A DNA stretch of 64,000 nt from Mustelus asterias (GCF_964213995.1 NC_135811.1:32984001-33048000); one strand, 5' to 3'; positions 49,739-63,203 are shown, numbered from the stretch's first letter. Made by a program: numbers and translations. The notes: a model not told the origin generated them from the sequence alone.

Positions 49739-52098
49739 TCTTGTTGCAGGAATTCATGCACTGTTTCAAGCACTCTGATTGATATGCTTTAGGAATTAAA
49801 ACCACATTTCTCTGCTCCAAAGATCAGAAATCAAGGAACTGGAACAGCTGATCCAAAGCAGACCAGACTCCATGGCCTGGACTTTCACTGAGCTGGGACA
49901 ATGTGAGAATGTTAAAAACAGTTGACATGACTCCAGCGTTCCAATCTCCATTCCCATTTCAAGCAGCTTCTACCAGTATGGGGTAAGGATGTGAGGCAGC
50001 CTGTCCAACACAGCACTGCTGTTGTTGGCGCTATTGTAGCAGTGGACAGTTTAAATCCTGCCCCTGCACCCCACCACCAGTAAAATTGATCTAGTAAACA
50101 TTGGTTCCACTTTTGGACAGAAGCCCAAAGTAAACATTTAGTATAACAAAAGCAGATTGCTCACAAACTTGACCTCAATAGTCACTGACAGTATAAAAGG
50201 AGAAACTCTCCTATCTGAGATTTTCCCTAATTTATCACATGCTGCTGAACCCAAATTTATGAAGTGATGTCTATCTATTTAAACTCCTGTTAACAAGAGA
50301 CACAATTCCAAGTGGTTGCACTGTCTATAAGAAGGCTCCACATGAGAGCCGGTGCCTGAAGCATTTTCCCTTGTGTCCTGCATAGTTCTGTTTTGAACCG
50401 ACACAGGATAATGGGGTGAAGTCGCTTTTTCTGTGTGGTCAGAAAGCCAGAGTGTGAAATTCTATCATAATCTCTAAATGTCAGGGTCTACTGCTCTGAC
50501 TTTGCAGTGAATTAAAAGGAAATTTAATTCTGGATAATGTGACTTGAAGACTTCGAAATTACTGTCACTAATATTAGCAGACAAATGGTTAACATTTGTG
50601 TCACAGTCGATTCTCTGCAACTTTAACTGAAGTTTAATTTATTTATTTAAACTAAATAGATAAGTGCTTTGGTTAAATTCCTGGCAAAAGAGTGTCAAAG
50701 ACCAGTGTTAAGGACTTCTTTGTCAATGCCTCCAAGTGTAGTTTCTAGGCATAAGTAAAATTAGTGATGAAAAATTCCATTTAATCCAGTCAGCTTGCTT
50801 TGTCAACAAGGTCCAGATACTGTCCAGGAACTGGGGGAAGGTTTCGCACTTCAACATTCAGGCAGAACAGTTTGGCAAAACTGAAGTCCTAATTGCAAAC
50901 CCGGACACAAGCGGCTGACAATTTAATGAACGGAAAATCATGAGCAACTTGTGCCCAAGTCTGTGATGAATGTTTCCACCTTGCCAAGCTTCCGTGCCAA
51001 GGCACTGAAGAGGAAAATCTGCCCTTGTTGTGACCGTTGAATAGATTTTCCGTCATGTGCATGAATGCAGCCGAAATATTGCACCTGTCCGACTAAGGCA
51101 TGGCCAATCTAGTCAAATCTTCCAGAGTTGATAAGCAGAGTTACTCATTGATTTTGAGTTTCAGTCATTCAATCCACCCAGTCTGTGAGCTCACACACTT
51201 AGAGGTGGCAAATCTGGCACTGCTGCAACTAGTTAAAGTAACACTATAACCTTTTAAGGAGAAAAGTACTTTTGCGTAGCAAAAGGAAGTTCAGAATTTT
51301 GGAGCGTCCGTGCAGAGGATAAATCAGTTTATTTCAGGACCTTTTGTACAATCTACAATCAAAATGTGAACTTACCTAACTGATCTCTCGACAGATGCCG
51401 CCTGACCTGCTGAGTTTCCCCAATATTTTGTATTTGTATTTTTCTTTCACATTCCCAGTGTCAATTATTTTTGCATCAAAGGGCTGTTCAGATTGACAAA
51501 TGAAGCAGTTTAGATATATACAACGGAAGAGAAGGAAAAGGAGGCTTGCCCTCCACTGTACCCTTGCACAAGTTTAAGATTCTTGTTTGTGACTGGAGTA
51601 TGCAACTTCAGAGTTAACATGAAATTCAATGGTATTCTTCTCCTTCTTGAGCCCCCTGCCTGAAGGCAGGTCTATCCCACAATGCTGCAATCTCCACCAC
51701 AGATATGGTGAAGCAGGTCCCAATTCCATCCCAGCCAGAAAATGGATCACATCGAAAGCTGTTGGCACCAGTCTGATCCACACCGGATGTCCAGCCAGTC
51801 GGGCCAAGTGGTCTGAGATGCTGTGGCAACATACACCTTTAATTGAATGTTCTCATCAGGAACTATGGATAGGTGGTGGTAGAGGTTCCAATTTCTTTCC
51901 TGGTCATGGTTGACCAGGAATCTCTCCCACCACTGCCATTGGTAAACATTAGAAGGATTCACAAGTTGACACTCAACTTGTTTGGCCATGCTATGAACAC
52001 TCCTTCCTTGGCCATCAAGTCCTTGAGTGGGACTTGAGTATGAAAATTCTGTGTGTTACCTGCTGCACCAAAGACCTACTCAATTATGTTATGGTCAT

Positions 52099-54420
52099 TC
52101 AGTATGTGGATGGCCTGACTAGAGAGGGGGCAAAACTTGACCTCCTCTTGGGAAATAAGGAAGGGCAGGTGACAGAAATGTTAGTGAGGGTTCGCTTTGA
52201 AACCAGTGACCATAATTCTATTGGTTTTAAGATAGCTATGGAGAATGATAGGTCTGGCCCAACAGTTAAAATTCTAAATTCGGGCAAGGCCAATTTTGAT
52301 GGTATTAGGCAGGAACTTTCAAAAGTTAATTGGGGGAGTCTGTGGGAAGGCAAAAGGACGTCTAGTAAGTGGCACGCTTTCAAAAGTGTGTTAACCAGGG
52401 TTCAGGGTAAACACATTCCTCTTAGAGTGAAGGGCAAGGCTGGCAGAAGTAGGGAACCCTGGATGACTCAGGATATTGAGGCCCTGGTCAAGAAGAAGAA
52501 AGAGGCACGTGACATGCACAGGTAGCTGGGATCAAGTGAATCCCTTGAAGAGTATAGGGAGTGTAGGAGTAGAGTAAAGAGAAAAATCAGGAGGGCAGAC
52601 AAGGCAAAGAAGAATCCAAAGAGCTTCTACAAATACATAAAGGGCAAAAAAGTAACTAGGGAGAGAGTAGGACCTCTTAAGGATCAACAAGGTGATCTAT
52701 GTGCGGATCCACAAGAGATGGGTGAGATCCTAAATGAATATTTCTCAACAGTATTTACTATTGAGAAAAACATGGATGTTAGGGAACTTGGGGAAATAAA
52801 TAGTGATGTCTTGAGTAGTGTACATATTACAGAGGAGGAGGTGCTGGAAGTCTTAAAGCGCATCAAGGTAGATAAATCCCCGGGACCTGATGAAGTGTAT
52901 CCCAGAGCATCCTGGGAGGCTAGGGAGGAAATTGCAGGTCCCCGAGCCGAGATATTTGAATCATCGATTGTCACGTGTGAGGTGCCTGAAGATTGGAGAG
53001 TGGCAAATGTTGTGCCTTTGTCTAAAAAGGGCTGCAGGGAAAAGCCTGGGAACTACAGGCCAGTGAGCCTCAGATCTGTGGTGGGTAAGTTGTTGGAAGG
53101 TATTTTGAGAGACAGGATCTACAGGTATTTAGAGACGCAAGGACTGATTAGGGACAGTCAGCATGGCTTTGTGAGTGGAAAATCATGTCTCACAAATTTG
53201 ATTGAGTTTTTTGAAGGGGTAACCAAGAAGGTAGATGAAGGCAGTGCAGTTGATGTTGTCTACGTGGACTTTAGCAAGGCCTTTGACAAGGTACCGCATG
53301 GTAGGTTGTTGCATAAAGTTAAATCTCATGGGATCCAGGGTGAAGTATCTAAATGGATACAAAATTGGCTTCTTGACAGAAGCCAGAGGGTGGTTTTTCA
53401 AACTGGAGGCCTGTGACCAGCGGTGTGCCTCAGGGATCAGTGCTGGGTCCACTGTTATTTGTCATTTATATTCATGATTTGGATGAGAATATAGGAGGCA
53501 TGGTTAGTAAGTTTGCAGATGACACTAAGATTGGTGGCATAGTGGACAGTGAAGAAAGTTATCTCCAATTGCAACGGGATCTTGATCAATTGGGCCAGTG
53601 GGTTGACGAATGGCAGATGGAGTTTAATTTAGACAAATACGAGGTGATGCATTTTAGTAGATTGAACCAGGGCAGGACTTACTCAGTTAATGGTAGGGCG
53701 TTGGGGAGAGTTACAGAACAAAGAGATCTAGGGGTACATGTTCACAGCTCCTTGAAAGTGGAGTCACAGGTGGACAGAGTGGTGAAGAAGGCATTCGGCA
53801 TGCTTGGTTTCATCGGTCAGAACATTGAATACAGGAGTTGGAATGTCTTGTTGAAGTTGTACAAGACATTGGTAAGGCCACACTTGGAATACTGTGTGCA
53901 ATTCTGGTCACCCTAGTATAGAAAGGATATTATTAAACTAGAAAGAGTGCAGAAAAGATTTACTAGGATGCTACCGGGACTTGATGGATTGAGTTATAAG
54001 GAGAGGCTGGATAGACTGGGACTTTTTTCTCTGGAGTGTAGGAGGCTGAGGGGTGATCTTATGGAGGTCTATAAAATAATGAGGGGCACAGATCAGCTGG
54101 ATAATCAATATCTTTTCCCAAAGATAGGGGAGTCTAAAACTAGAGGGCATAGGTTTAAGGTGAGAGGGGAGAGATACAAAAGTGTCCAGATGGGCATTGT
54201 TTTCACACAGGAACAAGCTGCCAGAGGTAGTAGTAGAGGCGGGTACAATTTTGTCTTTTAAAAAGCATTTAAATAGTTACATGGGTACGATGGGTATAGA
54301 GGGATATGGGCCAAATGCGGGCAATTGGGATTAGCTTAGGGGTTTTAAAATAGAAAGGGCGGCATGGACAAGTTGGGCCGTAGGGCCTGTTTCCATTCTG
54401 TAAACCTCTATGACTCTATG
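52099..54420 (+). mobile_element. 5'-truncated decayed CR1 LINE, (ACTCTATG)n-tail subfamily
   Basis: Consecutive broken ORFs 52034, 52718, 53413 and 53947 carry EN-end and RT motifs; tail ctctatgactctatg. Confidence 0.92.
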
Positions 54421-54907
54421 ATCACTATTTCCGAGAGGATCTCCTACTGTGCACAAGCCAGTGGTGCAGGATGGATCACAGAAAAATTACTGGAGCACAT
54501 AAATGCTTTATCCAAAGGCAGTTGATAAAATAGGGTGCAAAAAAAATATAGCATGAATTATCCTATATATTGTATCTATTGATCATGTACCTATTGTGCA
54601 GCAAACCAATCCTGTACATCATTGGCACACAATAAAAAGATACAGAAGGATAGCTCCCAATGCTATCAGAATAGGACAACATGGCAAACACAGTCAACAT
54701 CAGACAACGAAGATAAAAAGATCCAGCAGAATTCAAAAGCAAGAATGAAAGACCAAATTCTGAGAGGCAGAACCTAATGGAAAAGCTGCTTAAAAGTTAA
54801 ACTATTCAGATATATCTTACTTCCTACAAATCACATCATTAGCTGCAGGAGCAGTAAACCTTTTCTGATGTTTTGGCAAACACAATGTTGCTCTTTATCA
54901 GAAAGAT

Positions 54908-55249
54908 CAGAATCATAGATCATAGATTCTCTACTATGCAGAAGGAGACCATTCAGCCCATTGAGTCAGCATCTTACCCAGGCCCTATCACCATATCCCC
55001 ACATATCTACCCCATTAATCCCCCAAACTTACACATTTTGGGACACTAAGGAGGAAGTTAGCATGGCCAATCCACCTCACCTGCACATCTTTGGACAGTG
55101 GGAGGAAACAGGAGCACCCTGGAGGAAACCTTCGCAGACATGGGGAGAATGTGCAAACTCCACACAGACAGTAACCCAAGGCTGGAATCGAACCCAGGTC
55201 CCTGGAGCTGTGAGGCAGCAGTGCTAACCACTGTGCCACCATGCCGCCC
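54908..55249 (-). mobile_element. HE1-like V-SINE with CR1-type tail
   Basis: A/B boxes, V-core, ctatgatctatgatt tail. Confidence 0.85.
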
Positions 55250-55819
55250 TTTAAAACCAAAATATCATATCAGTGATGTTCCTTCATGAAAGCTTAATGC
55301 TGAACACTACAGGGGAATCAGAAGCGAGAACTTACTGGATCAAAATCACTGGGCTCACATCAATGGACCAACTAATGATAAAGTTGTTCTTCAACATGCA
55401 ATACCACATGCATCATTTTTGTTTAGCGAGGTTCACATTGTGATAGTTCAGCACCTATCCTAACTTTGTGGCCTTGATTATCAATGTCTTTTCTATTCAG
55501 TTTGGTCGATCAAAAAAAATTGCAATCAACATTTCCACTGCTAAGATAATGCCACCACCCAGGAATATAACTCACCTGAAGCCCTGCTATGTTTTGATGA
55601 AAACAAAAAATTTGTAGCTCAGCTTTATTTTAAATAAGATACAAATGAAAAATAACGAACTTTTCACAATTTATAGACAGGAAGTGTGAATAAGCCTGGC
55701 ACCGCAAACTTCCATAATACTTCAGTGTTGTCATACACTGTATTCCAGAGACATTTCTGACATTGCTTCACTGCTAGACTGAACTTCAGCCAGTCACAGT
55801 ACAAATATAATTCGATACA

Positions 55820-57554
55820 AGTTTGTGCGGAACCGTTAGAAATGGCGGAGCTGCTTAATGAATACTTTACCTCGGTATTCACGGTGGAAAGGGATCTGGG
55901 TGGTTGTACTGCTGGTTTGCGGTGGACAGAAAGGATCGAGCATGTGGACATAAAGAAAGAGGATGTGTTGGAACTATTGAATGGCATCAAGGTTGGTAAG
56001 TCGCCGGGACCGGATGGGATGTACCCCAGGTTACTGTGGGAGGCGAGGGAGGAGATTGCGGAGCCTTTGGCGATGATCTTTGCATCGTCGATGGAGACGG
56101 GAGAGGTTCCGGAGGATTGGAGGATTGCAGATGTGGTCCCTATATTCAAGAAAGGGAACAGGGACAGCCCGGGTAATTACCGACCGGTGAGTCTAACCTC
56201 AGTGGTTGGTAAGTTGATGGAGAGGATCCTGAGAGACAGGATTTATGATCATCTAGAGAAGTTTAGTATGATCAAAAGTAGTCAGCACGGCTTTGTCAAG
56301 GGCAGGTCGTGCCTTACGAGCCTGGTTGAGTTCTTTGAAAATGTGACCAAACACATTGACAAAGGAAGAGCGGTGGATGTGGTCTATATGGACTTCAGCA
56401 AGGCGTTCGATAAGGTCCCCCATGCAAGACTTCTTGAGAAAGTGAGAGGGCATGGGATCCAAGGGGCTGTTGCCTTGTGGATCCAGAACTGGCTTGCCTG
56501 CAGAAGGCAGAGAGTGGCTGTGGAGGGGTCTTCCTCTGCATGGAGGTCAGTGACCAGTGGAGTGCCCCAGGGATCTGTTCTGGGACCCTTGCTGTTTGTC
56601 ATTTTCATAAATGACCTGGATGAGGAAGTGGAGGGATGGGTTGGTAAGTTTGCTGACGGCACCAAGGTAGGTGGTGTTGTGGATAGTTTGGAGGGATGTC
56701 AGAAGTTGCAGCGAGACATAGATAGAATGCAAGACTGGGCGGAGAAGTGGCAGATGGACTTCAACCCGGATAAGTGTGTGGTGATCCATTTTGGCAGATC
56801 CAATGGGATGAAGCAGCAGTATAATATGAAGGGTACCATTCTTAGCAGTGTAGAGGATCAGAAGGACCTTGGGGTCCGGGTCCATAGGACTCTTAAATCG
56901 GCCTCGCAGGTGGAGGATGCGGTCAAGAAGGCGTACGGCGTACTGGCCTTCATTAATCGAGGGATTGAGTTTAGGAGTCGGGAGATAATGCTGCAGCTTT
57001 ATAGGACCCTGGTTAGACCCCACTTGGAGTACTGCGCGCAGTTCTGGTCACCTCATTACAGGAAAGATGTTGAAGCCATTGAAAGGGTGCAGAGGAGATT
57101 TACAAGGATGTTGCCTGGATTGGGGGGCATGCCTTATGAGGATAGGTTGAGGGAGCTTGGTCTCTTCTCCCTGGAGAGACGAAGGATGAGAGGTGACCTG
57201 ATAGAGGTTTACAAGATGTTGAGAGGTCTGGATAGGGTAGACTCTCAGAGGCTATTTCCAAGGGCTGAAATGGTTGCTACGAGAGGACACAGGTTTAAGG
57301 TGCTGGGGGGTAGGTACAGAGGAGATGTCAGGGGTAAGTTTTTCACTCAGAGGGTGGTGGGTGAGTGGAATCGGCTGACGTCGGTGGTGGTGGAGGCAAA
57401 CTCGTTGGGGTCTTTTAAGAGACTTCTGGATGAGTACATGGGATTTAATGGGATTGAGGGCTATAGATAGGCCTAGAGGTGGGGATGTGATCGGCGCAAC
57501 TTGTGGGCCGAAGGGCCTGTTTGTGCTGTGGCTTTCTATGTTCTATGTTCTATG
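55820..57554 (+). mobile_element. 5'-truncated CR1 LINE, open RT frame but FADD mutated to FADG
   Basis: ORF 55842..57470, 542 aa; (TTCTATG)3 tail. Confidence 0.93.
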
Positions 57555-57686
57555 ATAATGTTCAAATTAAATAGCAAATACTGACCTCATTCGGACCTGC
57601 CAACAGATTAGTCTGCATTAAGCCACTGGAAGTGGGATTGAGAATGACATTGTAAAGTTGGTCGAAGTGTTGCACCAGAAGCACCA

Positions 57687-57907
57687 TAGCTTCTTCTCTG
57701 CTGCCATCAGACTTTTGAATGGACCTACCCTGTATTAAGCTGATCTTTCTCTATACCCTATCTGTAACTGTAACACTACATTCTGCACTATCCCCTTTCC
57801 TTCTCCCCTACGTACTCTACGAACAGTTTGCTTTGTCTGTATAGCACATAAGGAACAATACTTTTCATTGGATCCTAATACACGTGACAATAATAAATCA
57901 AATCAAA
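57687..57907 (+). mobile_element. Short 3' fragment of the same Rex1-type LINE
   Basis: Matches 27024-27237 by eye, same tail. Confidence 0.75.
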
Positions 57908-58961
57908 ATGTTGCAGAAAATAAATGATTTAACTGCACATATCCTGCTTTAGACTCACATTTCCAACAAACTTTGTATAATTTTCTTTGTCATTTTAAGA
58001 ATATTTGCCATCAATCAGTTGCTGAGAAATGCCATTTGTTGTCATTAAACAAAGTCCATCCTCCTGCCCCTCAATTTGAATCGAACTGGAGTGATATTGG
58101 AAATTAATGAAAACAGCCTTATGTTTTTGAGACTATTTGTAAGAGAGCCCATAAATAAAGATGAATTTGGAAGCATTCACATTCAGTGTTGTCTTTGCAT
58201 AACCCCTATAGGATAATGATTAACTCAGTTTATCTATACAGATGTAATCCTAGAGCAACTCAGTTTAGAACGTACATTGGGCCAATGGGACAACCGCATA
58301 GACTCACCATTTAGAGAATGAATAAACACTCCCATTTTGTGGGAAAATAGATGCGCTGGCCAACTCACATAAATATTGGTGGCAAAACTGTCAACGTTAA
58401 ATATTTGCTGCAGATGGAATTTCAGCACGGAGCAATATTTCTACCACTGATAAAAGTTCAACTGTTAGTTTAAATAAATTCCCCAAGAAAGCCCACATCG
58501 AATGCCTTTGTAAGGCTTTCCTTAAATGTTGGCACTGTTCTGTCATCTACCACCAGTTACAAATGTGAGAAATTTCATTTAAACTAACTTTTCTGAACTT
58601 AGTATTTCAGAGGCTGCGCCAAGGATCAGTGTAGCAGCTATGATTACGATAAGATTGTAGTTCTGATTTTGGAAATAACAGGGTGCTTTAAGTATCAATA
58701 CTGACGGGGGTAAAAACTGAAGCCATCCCAAATGAGGTCAAACTAAACTTCTCAGTGAAAACTGGCTTGAAATTAAATTTACACATTAGTAGTTGCACCA
58801 CAGAAGAGAAAATCCCAGAAATACAACACGAGGATTTCTAAAGAATCCAATATTGCACAATACAATGTAGGCAACTTCTGAAACTATTTATATCGGATGT
58901 TCAAAGTAAATGTTATTTTTCAAAATATGATCCACATATTAGACTTAATTAATAAGCTTAC

Positions 58962-59039
58962 CAATTCAGAGTTGAAGGTGTTGCATATACCATAATCCAA
59001 GCCCTTGTTTTCCAGACCTTTGGTTAAAAGAGTCACCAT
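58962..59039 (-). CDS. FAM53B: FAM53B first coding exon (coding part), MVTLLTKGLENKGLDYGICNTFNSEL
   Basis: ATG in strong Kozak context (gttaccATGG), 78 nt / 26 codons, ends at TTG|gtaagc donor (phase 0). Resembles the recalled human FAM53B N-terminus MVMVLSESLSTRGADSIACGTFSREL in length and in several residues. Too short for the ORF track. Confidence 0.88.
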
Positions 59040-59171
59040 GGTAACATAGTCAACTCTCTGAATCCATTACACTGTGGGCAGCAGTCTGTAGGTATCATTT
59101 TAAGCCACATCTTCCATTTCAGGTCACCACGAGAGCTAGTTGTGAGTATACTACTGCAATGCTCTTCATAA
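59040..59171 (-). promoter_or_regulatory. FAM53B: Predicted 5' UTR portion of the FAM53B start-codon exon, containing six upstream AUGs
   Basis: Minus strand shows branch-like ctcac, a pyrimidine tract (ccttctctttttctctc) and an acceptor ggacag| just before 59171. uATGs at 59169, 59117, 59110, 59098, 59067 and 59047. Confidence 0.6.
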
Positions 59172-60103
59172 CTGTCCAATACCACAAACGAGAGAAAAAG
59201 AGAAGGGTACAGGTGAGTTTTGTGTACAATATATCAAAAACTTGAAGAATTAAATATCTGCTGAACATTTATTTCCTCCCTCCTTCTACCCCCCCCCCCC
59301 CTCCCCCCACCACCACTCCTCCCTGTCACCACCCTCAGCACATTGTGCATTATGTCTCAGGCAAGATTTGTCAAGTGACTTGTATTCAGATCTCTTGGCA
59401 ACTCTGCTCTCTAACCATCTGCAACTCATCAATAAATAAGAGTTCAGTGCAGCATCCCCATGAAACTTCATTCCTGTTTGGGAGGTGACTGGCTTCTACT
59501 GTGTCCTCTTAGTGTCGTGACTGAGGTCAGGGAATCAACGTTTGGTGAATCACAAGCATGAACCAGATCCTAAACTCGGTGCCACAGCCTTGTTTGTATG
59601 TTGTGTCTTTCCATGCCTGCATTGGAATAAAGGCTGAGGCCAGTTGCTAAACAGAATAGATGGGAATTATTGACGTGAAAATACTGCAACACATTTCTAC
59701 ATTTGATTCCATTGACGTCCTAAGGTATTTAATTGGAAATCAGACATGTTACATCCAACTTCACGCCAAGTATACTAGCACTACAATTTTATTTGCACCC
59801 GCCTTGTTTAATTCATGTAACACAGGTAATAGTGAGTTCATATTTTAGGAAAGCAGATGTGATACTTTGCTCATGCAGGATGTTTGGTGATCTGTGTGCA
59901 GACATTTTCCTACGGTGAGATTTCTATATTTTTTCAACTTAATTTGAACCCTAATAGGTTCATTGTTAAAATCAATGAGTTCAGTTGAAGTGATGAAATT
60001 GAAGTACTGCTAACCATCTTCTTTATTCTGTCTCCTCCGCCCTCACCTCCATCAGTGTGAGGAGTTCATGGATATTTTTGTCATTAAGATTGAGATCATA
60101 CAA

Positions 60104-60285
60104 TCCAAAGATGTGCGGGTTAGGTTGATTGGCCAGGTTAAAAATTGCCCCTTAGAATCCTAAAATGCGTAGGTTAGAGGGATTAGCGGGTAAATATGTG
60201 GGGGTAGGGCCTGGGTGGGATTGTGGTCGGTGCAGACTCGATGGGCCGATTGGCCTCCTTCTGCACTGGAGGGATTCTATGATTC
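60104..60285 (+). mobile_element. 5'-truncated HE1-like SINE
   Basis: tccaaagatgtgcgggttagg...gggattctatgattc. Confidence 0.82.
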
Positions 60286-60289
60286 ATAA

Positions 60290-62115
60290 TCAGCTGCCTT
60301 TGCCATATTTTCCCCTTCCTCCAGCCCACAGGGCTAAATTTCCTCTGAACTTCCCCCTGCCCAAGCACTGAACTAACATCTTTCTCTAGGTTCTCTCCCA
60401 TCTCCTTGGTGCCTTGTCTGAGCTCACTTTGTCTACGAGACTTGTCTTCTGTTCCCTCAATCCTGTCCCCTAATTGATCATCCAATTTCCTTTCTTGGTC
60501 CGCATGTTAGTTTCTCTTTGAACATTGTCTCTTTCTTTTAAATCTGTCATCATCAACCTTTCTCCTCAAAAAAAAAATTCCTTGACCTCCATCGTCCATC
60601 TCAAACCTCCCCGGGCATGTTACTGCCTCCCAAATCTGTGTCCATCATTCCCTGGGCTGCATGCTCGAGTCCCGCCAATCTAATTCCCAACCATCACAAT
60701 ATTAAAACAGCTCTTATCAAAGAACAGTGCAGCACAGGAACAGGCCCTTCAGCCCTCCAAGCCTGTGCCGATCACATTGTCCTATCTGGACCAATCACCT
60801 GTATCAAAGTCACAAATGACACCCTCTGTCACTGGAACAAAGATAAATTTCTCCTCCTCGTCCTGTCTGCAGCCTTGGTCGCAGTTCACCACACCATCCT
60901 CCTCCAATGCCTCTCTGCGGTCATCCTGCTGGTGCCATTTTTATCAATCTATTCCTACGCAGAATCTTATTTGTAATGGCTTTCTGCTCTCACACCATTA
61001 CTTCTGGACACTCCCTATCCTGGAGCCTTTCCCATTTCTCATCTACAACTCCTCATCAGTGACTTCATCCAAAAACACATTAGATTTCATGCATGTGCTG
61101 ATAACACCCAGCTCTAACTCCTCTACTGATGTTAAATTATCTGATGTCTTACCCAGCACCCAGTGCTGAATGAGCAGATATTTTCTCCAATTAAATATTT
61201 GCAAGATTGAAGCCATTGTTTTTGGTCTCTGCTCCAATTCCTAACTAAGAAGTTTAACAACACCAGGTTAAAGTCCAACAGGTTTATTTGGTTGTGGCTT
61301 TTGCTACCAAATAAACCTGTTGGACTTTAACCTGGTGTTGTTAAACTTCTTACTGTGTTTACCCCAGTCCAACGCCGGCATCTCCACATCAATTCCTAGC
61401 TACCATCTCTCTGTAACAGACTGAGACCTTTTAGCCTGTCAATGCCAATTGGTATCAAACTTGATCCCAAGAGGAGTTTTCAACTATATATTTCCACCTT
61501 TGCGATATTGTCTGAATTCATTCATTTCAGCTTATCCGCTGTAGAAACCCTCATTCATGTCTTAGTTAGTTATCGCTCCACTTAACTATTCCAATGCAGT
61601 CCTGGCTAGTCTCCCACATTTTACCTTCCTTAAACTCAAGGTCAAGCAAACTCTGTCGCCTGTGTCTTAACTCACACCAAGTCCCGTTCACCTACCATCG
61701 CAGAGTTTGCTGACCTACAGTGGCTCCCAGACAAGCAATTGATTGTAAAATTCCCATCCTGGTTTTCAAATTCTTCCATGGTCTCACCCCTCCCTATCTC
61801 TGTAATCTTCCCTAGACCCACAATCCTCTCTCAGATACCTGCACTCTTCTAACTCTGGCCCCCTGTGCATTCCAAATTATGATCGCTCCACCATTGGTAG
61901 CCTAGGCCTCTGGAATATCCTCACTATTAGTCTCCACCTCACTTTCCCCCTGAAGACACTCTTTAAATCCTCTCTCTTTGACCTGACTTTTGGTCATCTG
62001 ATCAAATATCTCCTTATTTGGCTTGGTATCATATTTTGTTTGAAAATGCTTCTGAGAAGCATCTGGAGACATTTTATTCGATTAAAGGCGTGGTATAAAT
62101 ATGAGTTATTGTTGT
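60290..62115 (+). mobile_element. Decayed L2-clade LINE
   Basis: Pyrimidine-rich; remnants FLQLNI.K.EAIVFG and ADL.WLP; tail tataaatatgagttattgttgt; hosts the hairpin element at 61246. Confidence 0.7.
61246..61390 (+). mobile_element. Penelope-like hairpin element whose sense arm starts at the predicted ribozyme cut site
   Basis: ~45-bp inverted arms plus tail; TSD caattcctaacta / caattcctagcta (61235-61247, 61390-61402). Confidence 0.82.
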
Positions 62116-63203
62116 GGGATGCCACATTCAAAACAGCCCACAGACAAAAGAGTTGACTGCTCAAACTGTAACTGAGCCCCAGTGATGAACCTCTGTCTGG
62201 CAACGCTTATAAGATATTGTGCATCAAAATTCAGAATTGCCTATTAAAGATACTCCACTGCCTTTGGAATTTTATCAAAATAATAACTTGTTAAGTTCCC
62301 AAAATTGAGGATGTTGCTTATTGCTTACCGTAGATAGCAAATCATTGCTTACACTCAGTAAATATACAACATTTGAACTGAAGTTCTAAAAGTTCAGTTA
62401 GAAATCTGTAGAAAGGGTGATTTTCTGGCAGGATATGTTGACTGTGTCAAATGTAAATTAACATGCATAGCAGGATTGCCTTCCACAGAAACTATGCCTT
62501 GAGTGGGTTTTGAAGAAAACTTGGACCTCATACTTAAATAATCTGCCTATCATTGGATTAATCAGTTTGGTTTGAAAGTGGAGGTGCACATACTTTGTTT
62601 GCCAAGTGTCAACAGAATAATAAAAAAGCTCAAAAGCTCGAAGTTTAAAAATTCCTATCGCCATCATAGGAAAGAAGCCAGCTTTCTAACAGAGGTTGAA
62701 TCAGTCTGTTTGTATATTCATGCATATTTGAAGAGTTTCCAGGGAAAGCATGGTTCTCTAACCACCACTGGGGTTTGCTAGGCTTTGCTAGAATAAGATT
62801 TGATTTTTCACTCGTTAAAAACTAAGATTCTTCTCTGCGATATCCACATTAGTTGGATTCATGTGCTCACCAGATGCCAGAACTGAAGAATCTGCACGCA
62901 GAGAGCAAAATGGAGCAGAAATAAATTTTGACTGAAGAGCAAGGCTTTCAAAGCACACATTCCTTTTGCAACTGTATTCATGCTGGAAGCCTCCAAATGA
63001 TTTAGGACAGGGCCAAGACAAGAGCAGCAATGGATGATACTCACGCACTGACGAATGGAACTATGGCAATATGTCAAATGGGCAAACTACAAAGATCAAC
63101 AGGATGCAAAACACTGCAAGAAACACCAGAAAAGACAGTATGAACACCCCAAGAATTAGGCCAGCCAAATGAACAAGCATTCTGCTGCAAGTGCAGTTAA
63201 AAT

